DNA of 64,000 nucleotides from Chiloscyllium plagiosum (taxonomy: Eukaryota). The translations under genes and the position numbers were made by a program. This document shows positions 37,013-50,185 of this stretch, piece by piece. Every line of letters starts with the position of its first letter. The first letter of the stretch is position 1. The DNA lies in assembly GCF_004010195.1 (NCBI RefSeq), contig NC_057728.1, positions 50,317,635 to 50,381,634 of the forward strand, given 5' to 3'. The notes under the pieces were generated by a model, which saw nothing but the letters and a program-made list of their open reading frames with translations, did no database searches and was not told the origin of the DNA.

Positions 37013-37600
37013 TCAATACTGACCCTCTAACAGTGTAGTTCTCCCTCAGTACTAACCCTCGAACAGTGTCATGTTCCTTCAGTACTAACCCTCTGACAGT
37101 GAAAGGTTCTCTCTGAACTGACCCTCTACAGTACAGTGCTCCCTCCATGCTAACCCTCCGACAGTACAATGCTCCCTGACCCTTCGACAGTGTGATGCTC
37201 CCTCAGTACTGACCCTCTGACAGTGTAGTGCTCCCTCAATATTGACCCTCCGACAAAGTGGTGCTCCCTCAGTACTGACTCTCCAACAATGCAGTGCTCT
37301 CTCAGTACTAATCCTCCAACAGTGCGGCACTCCCTCAGTACTGACCCTCCGACAAAGTGGTGCTCCCTCAGTACTGACCCTCCGACAGTGCAGTGCTCCC
37401 TCAGTACTAATCCTCCAACAGTGCAGCACTCCCTCAGTACTGACCCTCTGACAGTGCCCACTCCCTCAGCACTGGCCCTCTGACATTGTGGAGCTCCCTC
37501 AGTATTGATTCTTCGGCAATGCAGCGCTTTCTCAGCACTGACCTGTGGACAATGCAGTGCTGACCCTCCGACATTGTCGTGGGGTGTATTACTGCTCCTT
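37013..37600. repeat. 33-bp minisatellite, consensus CTGACCCTCCGACAGTGCAGTGCTCCCTCAGTA, about 17 units
   Basis: Tandem periodicity (11-aa repeats in ORF track); preceded by Deu-SINE-like sequence at 36870-37010. Confidence 0.95.
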
Positions 37601-37939
37601 CAGCTTCTGGAATTGGGGTGTTCTTGTGGAGACTGGAGACTGGAGAATGCTGAGTTTGGATAACAAGAACAGGGGAAATAGAGAGCTGTGGCAGGTGGAG
37701 AATATCATCAGTTTTTGGCAGCATCTTTTGCTTCAATTAAAACTAGAATAGGGAGATTTTAGAAGTTATTTTATATCATGTTGCTATTATCTGATGGAAC
37801 TGTTGAAACTGTCATTCCTACCCGAGGTGCACCTTAGTCTACCAAGCAAATTCTGTCCCCTAGTGGCTAGAACATCACTTCACACAACTTCAATAATAGC
37901 TTAGCATTGTATTCTGCAGTTAATATTAAATGTTCAGAA

Positions 37940-38110
37940 ACATAGAGCATAGAACAGTACAGCACAGGAACAGGCCCTTCACCCCTCCATGTCTGTGCTG
38001 ACCACGATGCTATTCAAAATTAATCCCTAAATAATCTGCCTGCATTTTCTCAAATGTCTCTTAAACATTACTATCGAACATCCCTGGCTGCGTGTTCCAG
38101 GTACCTACTG
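37940..38110 (-). mobile_element. CR1 3' tail fragment
   Basis: catagaacagtacagcacaggaacaggcccttc. Confidence 0.7.
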
Positions 38111-38454
38111 TTCCTTCTAGATTTGAGTTTTGAAGGAATTTCCCCCAGTAGTTATTGGGAAAGAGCAGTAAAGTTCCCGTTTTCCTGGGATACAAACTGA
38201 AGAACTTATGCCATTGGGAAGGAAAGATAAAGTTTAAAAAAAGAGGTTCAGCAATATCCGGACTTCTTTCGGGAGGTGAATAAAATTCCCTACATCCAGT
38301 GAGGCTGTGTGCACATGCAGACCTTTCAAGGATCTTTCAGTTTTTAGTTATTCAGAGAGAGTGGTTTTCCGTCCCTTAGGAGATTTTCTTTCTTGTTAGA
38401 TTGTATCAATTTGGTTTATTCTGAAATATTCCTTTAAATGTCCACCAATCTATT

Positions 38455-39100
38455 ATAATCCCCACAGCATGGAAACAGGTCATTTGATTAGATTAGATTA
38501 CATTACTGTGTGGAAACAGGCCCTTCGGCCCAACAAGTCCACACCGACCCGCCGAAGCGCAACCCACCCATACCCCTACATTTACCCCTTACCTAACACT
38601 ACGGGCAATTTAGCATGGCCAATTCACCTGATCTGCACATCTTTGGACTGTGGGAGGAAACCGGAGCACCCGGAGGAAACCCACGCAGACACGGGGAGAA
38701 CGTGCAAACTCCACACAGTCAGTCGCCTGAGGCGGGAATTGAACCCGGGTCTCAGGCGCTGTGAGGCAGCAGTGCTAACCTCTGTGCCACCGTGCCACCC
38801 AGCCAGTCCACACCAACCCTTCAAACAGCATGCCACCCAGACCCACCCTATCATGTATTCCTGCATTTTCCCATGGCTAATCCATCTATCCTGCACATCC
38901 TTGGACACTATTTGGCATGTCCAATCCATCTAACCTGCACATCTTTGAACAATGAGAGGAAACCAGAGCTCCCAGTGGAAACCCCTACAGACACGGGAAG
39001 AACATGCAAACCCCACACAGACAGTTGCCCGAGGCTGCAATCGAACATAGATCCCTGACGCTGTGAGGCAGCAGTGCTAATCACTGACCATCACGCCAGG
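38455..39100 (-). mobile_element. Older V-SINE with a young V-SINE (38487-38800) inserted in its tail
   Basis: Two successive V-SINE heads; old tail atggaaacaggtc...cagtccacacc is split by the young copy. Confidence 0.88.
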
Positions 39101-39144
39101 CTATTGATCTGTCCATTGTTCTAATTTGCCTGCACATTGCAGAT

Positions 39145-39500
39145 TCTTTATTCATTATTCACTCATGGGATGAGGGCATCACCAGTATTTATTGCCCATC
39201 CCTAATTTCCCAAAGGGCAGTTGAGAGTCAACCACATTGCTGTGGGTCTGGAGTCACACGTAGGCCAGACCAGATAGGGATGGCAGTTTCCTTCCCTGAA
39301 AGACATTAGTGATCCTTATGGGTTTTTCCAACAATCGACAATGGATTCATGATCATCGTTAGGCTCTTAATTCCAAATTTTTGTTGAATTCAAATTCCAC
39401 CATATGCCGTGGCAGGATTCGAACCTGGGTCCCCAGAACATGACCTGGGTCTCTGGATTATCAGTCCAGCGATAACAACACTAGGGCATTGTCTCCCCCA
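39145..39500 (-). mobile_element. Second-family tRNA SINE, well preserved
   Basis: ggattcgaacc (B box reversed), tttccttccctgaa, tttattgcccatccctaat. Confidence 0.82.
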
Positions 39501-39562
39501 ATAACAAATAACAGTAACAGAAATTGTGCTATGTATTATGATAAGAATTTTTTTAAACACTG

Positions 39563-39700
39563 TGTTCTGAAGAAGAGCGACTGGACCTAAAATTTTACCT
39601 CTGCTTTATCTCCAAAGATGCTGCCAGACCCGCTGAGTTTTTCCAGCAATTTCTGTTTTATTTCTGATTTCCAGCATCCACAGTTTTTTTTTGCTTACAA
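39563..39700 (+). mobile_element. Penelope-like terminal fragment (older family)
   Basis: ttctgaagaagag...agatgctgccagacccgctgagtttttccagc; relatives at about 25655, 30320, 48790. Confidence 0.55.
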
Positions 39701-40627
39701 TTCGGATGGCTCTGCTTTTAGGCGTTTATGTATGTTTAAGATATTAACTTTGGACTCACTTTTCGCTCCCTCAAACTGAATGTAAAATACAATCATATAA
39801 TGGACAGAGAGTTCCCTATTTCAGTCTGTACAAAGGGTTTTCCTATTTAATGACAGCCAGTTTGCAAGCTCTGAGGTTGGCCTTTAGATTGTTCCTATAT
39901 CAAAGTTGGGGAAATCCTGTGGTTTGAATTTAGCAAGTTATAACACATTGCCTTGGTATCGAGGAATTCTCCATGTGACCCCTACACGACCCACCCAGTG
40001 AAGCTTTGCTCATCATAGGGTAACTATGGATGGATAGCAGATGTGCCAGGAATAAGCGTAGTAAAAATCTTAGTTTGGGATATAACTACAAACTAAAAAT
40101 GTTGGCAATGCTCCACAGTTCTGGCATCAATTCTGATAATGGCCCCCCTCACAAACTTCAGAAGCAGTCTGATAGGGGGCAGGGATGCTTGAAGTGATGG
40201 TACTCGGCATGGTGTCTGTTGCCTACCCACCTCTGCTATCATGTTATCATGCTGATAGGGGTGATGGAGGGGCGCCATACCATACGACAGTGTTGTGTCC
40301 AGTTATAACCTGGAGTTCTCTGCACGAGTTCAGGGTTAGAGTCTTCCCATTTGCCGCCCTATGACCCCTGAAAGCATCACATGATTAAAACCTTGTCACT
40401 ACAATGGCTTTCTGCCACTCTCACCAGGGGATCCCTGGTTGTTGCTGACAATCCTGACCCTGCTCACTCACCCTCTGGTCCTCCTATATCACTGCTCCCC
40501 ATCTGGGAACCCATTACAGTATCTTCAGAAACACTGGTCAAAGCATATTATCTGGTTAATTATTAAGTATGTGAGCCCAATGGTGCCTCAGTTCCTGCAT
40601 AAAAAGTGACTACACTTTAAAAGTACC

Positions 40628-40801
40628 CAGACCAACCTTGATTATCCGAACGAGATGGACAGGGAGTATTTTTTTTGGATAATTGAGTGTTCGGATAACT
40701 GATTAATTGGATAAAGGATAACGTTTTTATGGGACCTTGAGATCTACTTTGGATATTCCGAAATTTAGATAACTGATGTTCGGATAACCGAGGTTGTCCT
40801 G
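40628..40801. mobile_element. pogo/Tigger-type MITE inside a Deu-SINE 3' remnant
   Basis: TIRs cagaccaaccttgattatccgaac and gttcggataaccgaggttgtcctg, TA on the right, internal ggataa subrepeats. Confidence 0.8.
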
Positions 40802-41132
40802 TAGCTCATTTGCTCTAAAGAATTCTGGGTCATCCAGTGGTTTTGCAAGGGGCTCGCAATTTGTAAAACCTTTCTTTTACTCTCTCATTTTTTTTTCATT
40901 TCTTTTCTCTGTTTAATGCCATTTCTGGGATTCTATCACTGGTGACATTAGCTATAAATTGTCCTATTCACTCTGTTATTTTTGAAAGCCACTTTGCACT
41001 AGCAGCAGCATGTCATGAAAAAGCTTTGTTATTTTTGAAATAGGACTGTAGCACCTTCAAGTGGGGAGGAATATGTGAGTCATCAGCTTTCCTTTTACAA
41101 ACAACGATTCTGTTAACAACAGTGTTGGTCAT

Positions 41133-42456
41133 TGAAATAACTCCACAGAGACCAGTATCCGTCATCAAGTCACCCTTTATTTACACATGGAAAGTCCTTG
41201 ACACTGATCCAGCTTCTTCAGAGCAAATTCCCCCCCCAACCTGGCTGACCTCATTACAATCACTACATCCCTCCTCCTCTGAATCCGAGGACGTAGGCCA
41301 GATTTCTTTTTGTAGCTCCTCCTACAGTGTGTCAGCACCGGGTCAGGTTCCTCCAAATCTGCCCCTAGGTATCGCACAACAACTCTCTTCTTGCGCCCGG
41401 AGCATCTTGGAAGAAATTCATTCTCTTCTTCAGGCGGCAAGGCGTCGAGGCGGCGACATCAGCCGTGTCCATCTCAGATTCTGAGGTAACTTCAAAGCTT
41501 GACGGAGAGGGAGAATCCATGGGTTTCAGAACAGTTGGAAAGGTTATCGAGGAGCAAGGCATATGGTGCTTCCTCACCGTTTGTGAGTTTGCAGCTTTCA
41601 TATGGTCCAAGTGCTTGTTCAGGACCGTCACACCTCCCTGAACTTTATACATCATGGGACCTGACTTTGCATCGACCATGCCTCTTAGCCACACAGAGCC
41701 ATTCCCATGGTTCCTACATCAAACTTTGCCCCCTGAAGTAAACTGTCTCTCTCACTTAGAGGAGTGTTGCATCTGGCATCATCATTCTTGCAGTTGTTTT
41801 ACCCTCCACCCCCAGATCAGATTTAATCATGCCCATCAGCCATGATTGAATGGCGGAGTGGACTCGATGGGCCGAATGGCCTTACTTCCGCTCCTATGTC
41901 TTATGGTCTAACCTGGTGCAGAGACTTCTCCCCGTTAGTAACTCTGCTGGAGCTATCCCTGCAGTCAAATGAGGGGGTGGTCCTACAATCAAATAGGACA
42001 GTTTGGTATCTTTAAGTCTGCCTTCAAAGTTTGGACTGCTCAAGGGCAGCATAGTGTCTCAGTGGTTAGCATTGCTGCCTCACAGCACCAGGGACCTGGG
42101 TTCGATTCCAGCCTTGGGCAATTGTCTGTGTGGAGTTTTCACACTCTTTCTGTATCTGTGTGGGTTCCTTCTGGTTTCCCCCCACAATCCAAGGATGTGC
42201 AGGTTAAGTGAATTGGCTGGACAAAATTGCACCATAGAATTCAGGGATGTGTAGGGTAGGTGTATTAGTCAGGGATGAATCTAGAGCAATAGGGGAGGGG
42301 AATGAGCTATTCCTTTGGAGGGTCTGTGTGGACTTGTTGGGCCAAATGGCCTGTTTCCTCACTGTAGGGATTCTATGATTTCTTCCTGCCAAGCCATTGG
42401 ATGATGGATGTTATGGAGCCTTCCTTACATGTCGAATGTCATTCAACTTTAGAATG
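41133..42456 (-). mobile_element. Decayed Gypsy LTR retrotransposon 3' part: integrase C-half, PPT and short 3' LTR (41133-41267)
   Basis: IRHVRKAP*HPSSNGLA..AVQTLK; GIAPAELL; WLRGMVDAKSGPMMYKVQ..KHLDHMK; PPT agaggaggaggga then TG...AATAAA...CA. Confidence 0.82.
42044..42380 (+). mobile_element. HE1-like V-SINE nested in Gypsy integrase
   Basis: Splits the SNGLA / AVQTLK motif. Confidence 0.9.
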
Positions 42457-42458
42457 TA

Positions 42459-44122
42459 CAGGTACTTCTCCTATAACATGTATTTATTAAAGGCGATTTG
42501 TCTGTAACGTGATTTGTGAATTGCTAACCTTTTTTTTAATAAAGGGAACTCCCGTGCGCTGTTGCGTGATTCCCATCCCCGGCAATAGGTGTCACGGAGG
42601 ACTGGACTCCGTATCAGCATCACCTGGTCAATCAGCTTATGTGCTTTTTGGTGAAGAGCTACATGAAAGAGATTGTGAAATGTTTGTGCTAGCGGACTTG
42701 GAAAAAGCATCGTGGAAATGTCTCTGCAGCCTGAGCGCAAGAAGCTGGGAGCAATCTGTTAATTTAAAGACTTAAAGAGTTGAGATAAGAGTGGAGTTTC
42801 ACTGGAATTGACTAACAGTAAAAGGACAGTGTTGAGGAGCAGTTTGAAACTTGGTGTGGTTGTTCGTATTAAGAGCCTTTTTCTCTATTTTTGTTTAAAA
42901 AATATGTTTCGATGATAAAGATCATCTGCAGACTCATGTGATTCTGTTTCAGTGATTAATCATAATGACAACCAACCGCATAAAAATACCAGTACATGGT
43001 CAGTCAGCTGCTCAGGGTGGTCAGAGTCAGGAAACTCTGCACATAGTGGGTGAGAGAGAGAAAGGTACTTTTGGTGCATGTGTAGAGATGTCCTGAGGGG
43101 GTGAGTAGGTTGTGCAGAAGATATTCAGGATTAGTCAGGGTCAGATGTTAGCGAGGATGAGAGTGAGTTGGGAAGATGTTAAAGGAACTGGTGAGTACAG
43201 TAACAGATATAGAGTGAGTGTGAGGTATCAATAAGAAGATGGTGGCAGAGTGGAGACGGTCATTGATCTCCTTCCTACATTCGGTGCATTCCTTCAGATG
43301 ACTGAGCCTACACTGGCCTGCGTGGTAACTCAGGTTGGCGTGATTCCAGTAGAATGGTATCCTCAGTTGGCCTGAGAGAAAAGGACATCCTGTCTCAGCA
43401 TCATCCCATCCCCATCAGCAGCATCTCCATGTCCCTGTCCACAAAGAGACACACTAATCTTCCATTGTCTGCCACATCTAGGGCCAATGTCAGGAACCAT
43501 GTAGGCAGCTCCAGACTGACAGCTCTTGTCTGGGTGTACAATATCTTTTTAAAGATGGTGCTGCACCACAGATGTTGGTCAATTCTGGGATATCTGGAAA
43601 GCGGTGAGTTGTTTGGAAAAGTATGATGGTGCTAGAATGTGTGAGAGAAATCAAGCAGGTTTTGTAAAATAAGATGATAGACCTCCCCAAGCATCACGAT
43701 GTGAAACCCTCCGAGAAACTTGCCAAAACTGACAGCTAAAGAAATTCAGATTCAGCCCTTGATCTATCAAGGCAGATTTCATTCTGGGCTCTAATTTGTA
43801 CAATGTTACCATTGGATGGGATCAGAAGACTGGCTAGAATGTAGTGCAGGCAGCGTGTATAGATGCCAATCGAGAGTAATCAGTTAAAGATTCTGATGAA
43901 TTGCACTATACAGTACCATACAATAGGTCAGTTACAAAATTTACTTAAACTGTGCTAACATTTGTGTTAGGCTAACTATTATTTTTGTTTCGATTTTTAC
44001 TGGTATTTTTGGTGGTTTGTCCAACCCTGTTTTACTCTTACACCCCATTATTTCTCTTGCATGACTTTCTATAACATGGTGTTGTTGGGAATGCAACCAC
44101 GATGTTATTGGAGAACCACCTG
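42459..44122. mobile_element. Non-autonomous Tc1/mariner (pogo/Tigger-type) element with nested inserts
   Basis: TA-caggtacttctcctataacat ... atgttattggagaaccacctg-TA inverted termini. Confidence 0.72.
43010..43758 (-). mobile_element. PIF/Harbinger relic with decayed Myb/SANT-like ORF (about 43243-43475)
   Basis: Minus strand: ADNGRLVCLFVDRDMEMLL..RQDVLF...VTTQASVGSVI*RNA.ECRKEINDRLHSA; possible terminus gggctgaat at 43758. Confidence 0.55.
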
Positions 44123-44349
44123 TATGGATCCTTTATTGCCTCCCCCTAGAAGACCACTCTGCCAGTAGATATACAGGAGATTCAAATAGACAAAATACAT
44201 GATGCAATTTTCAATAAACTACAGATGCCATTTTTCGCTTATGACCAGAAGGACCATGGGAAAGATGACTGATTTCATTCTTTCCAATAAACATCCTTTC
44301 CCATGGTGAGTCATAGAGTCAAAATTAAAAAGAAATTTTTCACTTGATG

Positions 44350-44620
44350 TCATAGAATCATACGTCACGGAAACAGACCCTTGGGTCCAACTAGTCCATG
44401 CTGACCAGAAGTCCCAAGCTGACTTGGTTCCATTTGCCAGCATTTGGCCCTTTTCCCTCTAAACCCTTCCTGTTCATGTATCCAACCAGATACCTTTTAA
44501 CTGTTGAAATTGTAACAGTCTCCACCATCTCCTCTGGCTGCTTGTTCCACTCACGCACCAATCTCTGCATGAAAAGGTTCCTCCTCAAGTCATTTTAATA
44601 TCATTGCCCTTTCACCATAA
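44350..44620 (-). mobile_element. CR1 3' fragment
   Basis: RRNLFMQRLVREWNKQPEEMVET. Confidence 0.85.
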
Positions 44621-44744
44621 ACAATAATCATTATGTGTGAGTTCCTTCAAGCATGTGGATTAGGATGTGCATCTTTCTAACTTAACTGAAAGAGCCTGGT
44701 TGTGTGAGTACTATGAAGTTAACAGCATTTCTGCAGTTCTTTAT

Positions 44745-45060
44745 AGATTAGATTAGATTACATTACAGTGTGGAAACAGGCCCTTCGGCCCAACAAGTCC
44801 ACACCGACCCGCTGAAGCGCAATCCACCCATTCCCCTACATTTACCCTTACCTAACACTACGGGCAATTTACCATGGCCAATTCACCTGACCTGCACATC
44901 TTTGGACTGTGGGAGGAAACCGGAGCACCCGGAGGAAACCCACACAGACACAGGGAGAACGTGCAAACTCCACACAGTCAGTCGCCTGAGGCGGGAGTTG
45001 AACCCGGGTCTCCGGCGCTGTGAGGCAGCAGTGCTAACCACTGTGCCACCGTGCCGCCCC
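44745..45060 (-). mobile_element. Young HE1-like V-SINE
   Basis: Near-identical to 38487-38800 and 60716-61036; CpGs retained. Confidence 0.94.
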
Positions 45061-45258
45061 TGCTCCTTGGATGCTGCCTGACCTGCTGTGCTTCTCCAGC
45101 GCCACACTTTTCTAACCCAGGTCTAACCCTTGCAAGCACCGTCTTTATTCCGACAAAATTCTCGTAACATTATCACAGTGGGTGGTGCTTGCTGCATTCA
45201 TTCAAGAATTAACCTTTTCAGAGCCTTTTATATCCATAGTAATCTTGAGCAAGAACCT

Positions 45259-45658
45259 CATAGAGTCATAGAGATGTACAGCATGGAAACAGACCCTTTG
45301 GCCCAACCTGTCCATGCTGACCAGATATCCCAACCCAATCTCGTCCCACCTGCCAGCACCCGGCACATATCCCTCCAAACCCTTCCTATTCATATACCCA
45401 TCCAAATGCCTCTTAAATGTTGCAATTGTACCAGCCTCNNNNNNNNNNNNNNNNNNNNGATGCTCCAGGGAAAACAGCCCCAGCCTGTTCAGCTTCTCCC
45501 TATAGCTCAAATCCTCCAAACCTGGCAACATCCTTGTAAATCTTTTCTGAAGCCTTTCAAGTTTCACAATATCTTTCCAATAGGAAGGAGACCAGAATTG
45601 CACGCAATATTGGCCTAACCAATGTCCTGTACAGCCGCAACATGACCTCCCAACTTTC
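45259..45658 (-). mobile_element. CR1 3' fragment spanning a 20-N gap (45439-45458)
   Basis: YCVQFWSPSYWKDIVKLERLQKRFTRMLPGL. Confidence 0.9.
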
Positions 45659-46064
45659 CTGCTGGAGACTATCAGATTCAGCATAAACCAGGGATCAAAC
45701 CTGAAAGCTCTTTGTCCTCAACTATCATTTCATCATTGAGTCAACTGAATGAACCCACTGAGAGATCTCAATCTCATATTTTCTCAAGAAATGGGATCCA
45801 GTCTACAGCAGGGTCATTGAATTATTAATTTCACCCATTCCTTGTTACATTTCACAGATAAAGACATGTGATGAACAATTCAATTCACCTCATCTCTGGA
45901 GCTCCAGAATCATAATGTTCACCAGGATCACATTGCTCTGAAGTGAGAAGTCATTGTGCAAAATACTGAAACACACGCATCATCAATTAAGAGCAACCAG
46001 AACATAGTTTCTCAGTTTTCGGAACATCCAGTTCAGAAGCAAGAAAAGGTTATTTTACAGCAAA

Positions 46065-46385
46065 TCACAGAATCCCTGCAGTTCAGAAAGAGGCCATTCA
46101 AGTCTGCATCGACCCTCTGAAGAGCATCCCACCCAAACCCACCCCATATGGTATTTTATCATTGGCTGACTCACCAAACCTGCACAGTCATGGATACTAT
46201 GGAGCAATATTTAGCATGGTCATTCCATCTAACCTGCATATCTTTGTACAGTGGGAGGAAACCCACGCAGACACAGGGCGAATGTGCAAACTTCACATAG
46301 ACAGTTGCCCAAGGTTGGAATTAAACCTGTGTTACTGGCACTGTGAAGCAGCAGTGCTAGCCATTGAGCCACTGTGCAACCACCA
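46065..46385 (-). mobile_element. Older V-SINE
   Basis: Degenerate V-domain and head. Confidence 0.82.
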
Positions 46386-46389
46386 TTTT

Positions 46390-47830
46390 GTCCCTCTGGC
46401 CTGTTTTGTAATTCAGTAAGATCATGGTCGATCTGTTTGCATTGTGAATTCCAGACTTGCATCTCCTCCTGATAACTACTGATTTCATTTCCCCAAACAT
46501 CTATCCACCTCTACCTTAAAAATGTTTCATTATCCCACCTCCACCACCTTCTGAGGCAGAGAGTTCCAAATTCAGACATCTCTCTGAGAAAAAATGATTA
46601 TTTTCACCTTTGTCCAAAAGCAGGATCCCTGGTTTTAAAATTGTGCTCCATAATTCCGGACTCACTCACAAGAGGAAACATTTTTTCCGTGTCCATCTTG
46701 CCAAAAGCATTCAGGATCTTATTCACTTCAATCATGTCACCCCCCTCAATCTTGTAAGTTCCAGTGAAAACAAGCCCACTCTCTCCAGCCTTTCCTCATA
46801 AGACAACCCACTCATTTCAGATGTAAAACTGAAGTGCAATATCCTTACTTTATGTTCAATTCATCTTGTAATGAATGATAACATTCCATTAGCCATTTTG
46901 ATTATGTGCTGTAAATGCATTCAATTGCTTTGTGACTCATTCACTAAAACAACAACTTGAATGCTTCTGCTTCTCAGAATTCTGCAGTCAGTATTCATTT
47001 AGGTAATATCCCATTGTTTAGTCTTTGTGCAAAAGTGAACAATTTCACATGTTCTCACCTGACACTCCATCATATTTTTGCTCACTCACTCAACCTATCT
47101 GTATCCATCTACAACTTCCTAATGTCCTCTTCACAACAGACTTTCCTTATCTACCTCTGTGTCATCTGCAAATTTATATATGATGTCTTCAATTCCCTCA
47201 TCTATGATGATGATATAAATTGTAAAACATTGAGGCCCCAACACAGATTCCTATAGGACCCTACACATTACCTCCTCCCTAACAGAAAAGGACCTTTTTA
47301 TGCATATTGTCTGTTTTCTGCCAGGTAGCAATCTTCTTTTTGTGCTACCAGTTACCCCTTAAGCCATGTGATTTGACTTTGCACAATGATCTACAATGTG
47401 GCACCTTTCAAATACCTTCTGGAAGTAGTGAACATCAATGGGCTCCCCTATATCCACAGTGCATGGTATACCTTCAAAGAATTCCAATGTATTGGTTAAA
47501 CACGATTTTCTTTTCACAAAATCATGCCAATGTTTCCTAATTACCTTGACTTCTTTGTTTAAGTATACCTTCTTTAACAATCAATGCTATTCAATTGCCA
47601 TGGCAGATTTCAAGATAAGTGGCCGACAGTGTGTTATTTTCTGCTTCCCTCTCTGCTGATGTAGGGCGATTGTAGTTAGTATTCACCATTCTGATGAAAC
47701 CTTTCCAGAATCCAGCAAAATTTGGAAAATTAAAGCCAACACATCTACTACCTCATTATCCTTAATAAACCCTAGGATGAAAACCATCAGGACCCAGGGA
47801 TTTATCTGACCGTATTTCTCTAGCTGATCG
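46390..47830 (-). mobile_element. Old, internally deleted CR1 LINE
   Basis: HDFVKRKSCLTNTLEFFE; IDVHYFQKVF; EVVDVLALIFQILLDSGKV. Confidence 0.8.
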
Positions 47831-49392
47831 TTTACGACTTGCTGCGGCAGAAAAATAAGAGAAAACTGAAGCCGTAAGAACAAAATACAAAGTGATGACA
47901 GGGTAGGGGACTAGAAGAGATTATGTGACTAAAGAGATGATTGTATAAGGCTAACGTCATTCTATCATAATTCCTACACCTGACTTTTCAGGTAGAAACT
48001 GCTAGTGATGAATATTTCCACTACCTCCTGGCCAACATCCCATCTCCTATTTTTTTCCCTGTTGTATATGATCTATTCATTTACGTGTGCAGAGCCTTTA
48101 AACTTATTTTTATGCAGACATGTACAAGCTTAATCTTAAATGAGCTGACTGGTGGACAGCAGCCTTGTTAGTTTGGTGGCTGCAGCTTAGAGGGGACATT
48201 GCTTTTGACGCAGCCTTTTGTTTCATTACCTGTCCCACTACCATCTCCTGTTCTCTTGCACCAACATCCCATTTGTGATTTACATTCCCCTATCTTCCAT
48301 CTTATCCTTCCCCTTTTGCTCTCTTTTAAAGGTTACATATCCTACCTCAATTACCACCTTTTATTGTGCATTTAATGCTACTTTATGAATTTAGGTTTCA
48401 ATCAGACTGATCATGGAGAAGACAAAGTCAAGGTCTGTCTTCAGGTTTACATTTCAAATTAACATTGTTTATTAATCTTTTATATTTATGATGTCATGCA
48501 TGTTGGTAATCACCTACTAGGCTATGACACAGTTACATTCAGGAATAATTTCTTCAAGTGCTCATGACCATATGTTCTCTGACCTTCTCCTGGAGAGTCA
48601 CATATTTCAGTATGTCTCCTTCCAGAGTAATTTAACCACACACACTGTGGTATTTATACCCAGTGATGTTCAACACTGTGACATTGGCATCAGTTTGCTC
48701 CTAGATGCTAATCCTTACATAACTTATTTCCCCCAACCTTTCTCTGCCTCCAAACTTGCTTAAAGCCCATTACATCTCTAACTTTGTCCAGTTACGATGA
48801 AATGATCATCAATGTAAAGTGTTAAGTCTGTTTCTCTCTCTCCTATAATTGATGCCTTGACCTGCTGAGGATTTTCCACAAAAGTGAAGCTTTTATTTAA
48901 ATATTTACGATATGATTAATCATGGTTGATCAGGAGGCAGGAGGTGCCTGCAAGGCTGAAACATGGAGGATTGGTTTATTTCCCTTCCTTCCTTTGATGT
49001 TGAAACCCACGCAGTTGGAAGCTCTGTACTAATTCCAATTTGTGAACTTCCCACGTGAATCTTGCAAGCTCTCCCACAAATTTGCGTGTGCCCTATTTTA
49101 CATCAGAGCAAACCTGTTTAAACGCTGTTGGTTGGGAATCCTCACCTTTGATCTGCAATGGAGAATAACTGAAGTAAGCTTTTAATCAAAGAACATAAGC
49201 AGATCAAAGTTGACCACGGAGACTTGAGATTCAGGTGTGCTAGCGGCATTAAGCTGTGTGTGAAAGTAACCATTTGGAGCATGAGGGAAAGCTGTCAGAG
49301 GTGAACGGTGCATTCAGTTGTGTCAAGAGAAAGGCTTGGAACCAATAAAACGTTGTTAATTTGCAACATTCTGACATAAGTCGACTAGACCT

Positions 49393-49660
49393 GGGAGACA
49401 GTGGTGTAGTGGTGATGTCACTGAACTTGTAATCCAGCCGCTGACGCTTATGCTTTGGCAGGTTTGAGTTCAAATCCCACCGCAGTGGTAAATAAATATG
49501 GAATAGAGAGCTTGTCTCAATGATGATGACCATGATAATCATCATTGATGGGTGCAAGATCTCATCTGGCTTGCTAATGGGAAGGAAATCTGCCAACCCT
49601 ATCTCGTCTGGCTGTCGTTGACTCACAACAATGAAGTTTACTCTTAGCTGCTCTCTGTAA
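49393..49660 (+). mobile_element. Second-family tRNA SINE
   Basis: gggagacagtggtgtagtgg, gagttcaaatcccacc, gggaaggaaatctgcc. Confidence 0.72.
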
Positions 49661-50029
49661 GAAGGAACATGTTGCAGAAACCGCATGGTGATCAAAGATA
49701 TAGCGTCACCTTAAGATTAGATGGCGGTTGTTCAGAAGTGAAATGAGGAAGCAGTATTTTTTTTCAGCCTGTTTATGAAATCCAGAACGTGGGACTGCAG
49801 TCTTCCTGAGAACTGTGGATGCTCCATCATTGAATATATTTAAAGCCGGGAAAGCCAGGTTTTTAGTCTCTCTGAAAACCAAGAGATGTGTGAGGTGGGA
49901 AGTGAAGTCTCAAAGCTGAAGATGGAAGGCAAAGCAATGGTCTACTCCTGCTTCTCTTTCTTGACTTCATGTCCACCCAAAAAATCTGGAAAGCTCATCC
50001 CAAAAATGATGCAGGTTACCTGAAACTTT

Positions 50030-50185
50030 AGATTTTAGATTAGATTCCCTACAGTGTGGAAACAGGCCCTTCGGCCCAACCAGTCCACACCAACCCTCCG
50101 AAGAGTAACCCACCCAGACCCATTTCACTCTAACCAATGCACCTAACACTAGGGACAATTTAGCATGGCCAATTCACCTGACCTA
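50030..50185 (-). mobile_element. V-SINE 3' half inserted in an old CR1 remnant (about 49730-50310)
   Basis: Tail ttagattccctacagtgtggaaacaggcccttcggccc. Confidence 0.82.

Noticed and set aside
37085..37483. Repetitive 11-aa ORFs resembling metal-binding repeats
   Set aside because: Read-through of the 33-bp minisatellite on both strands
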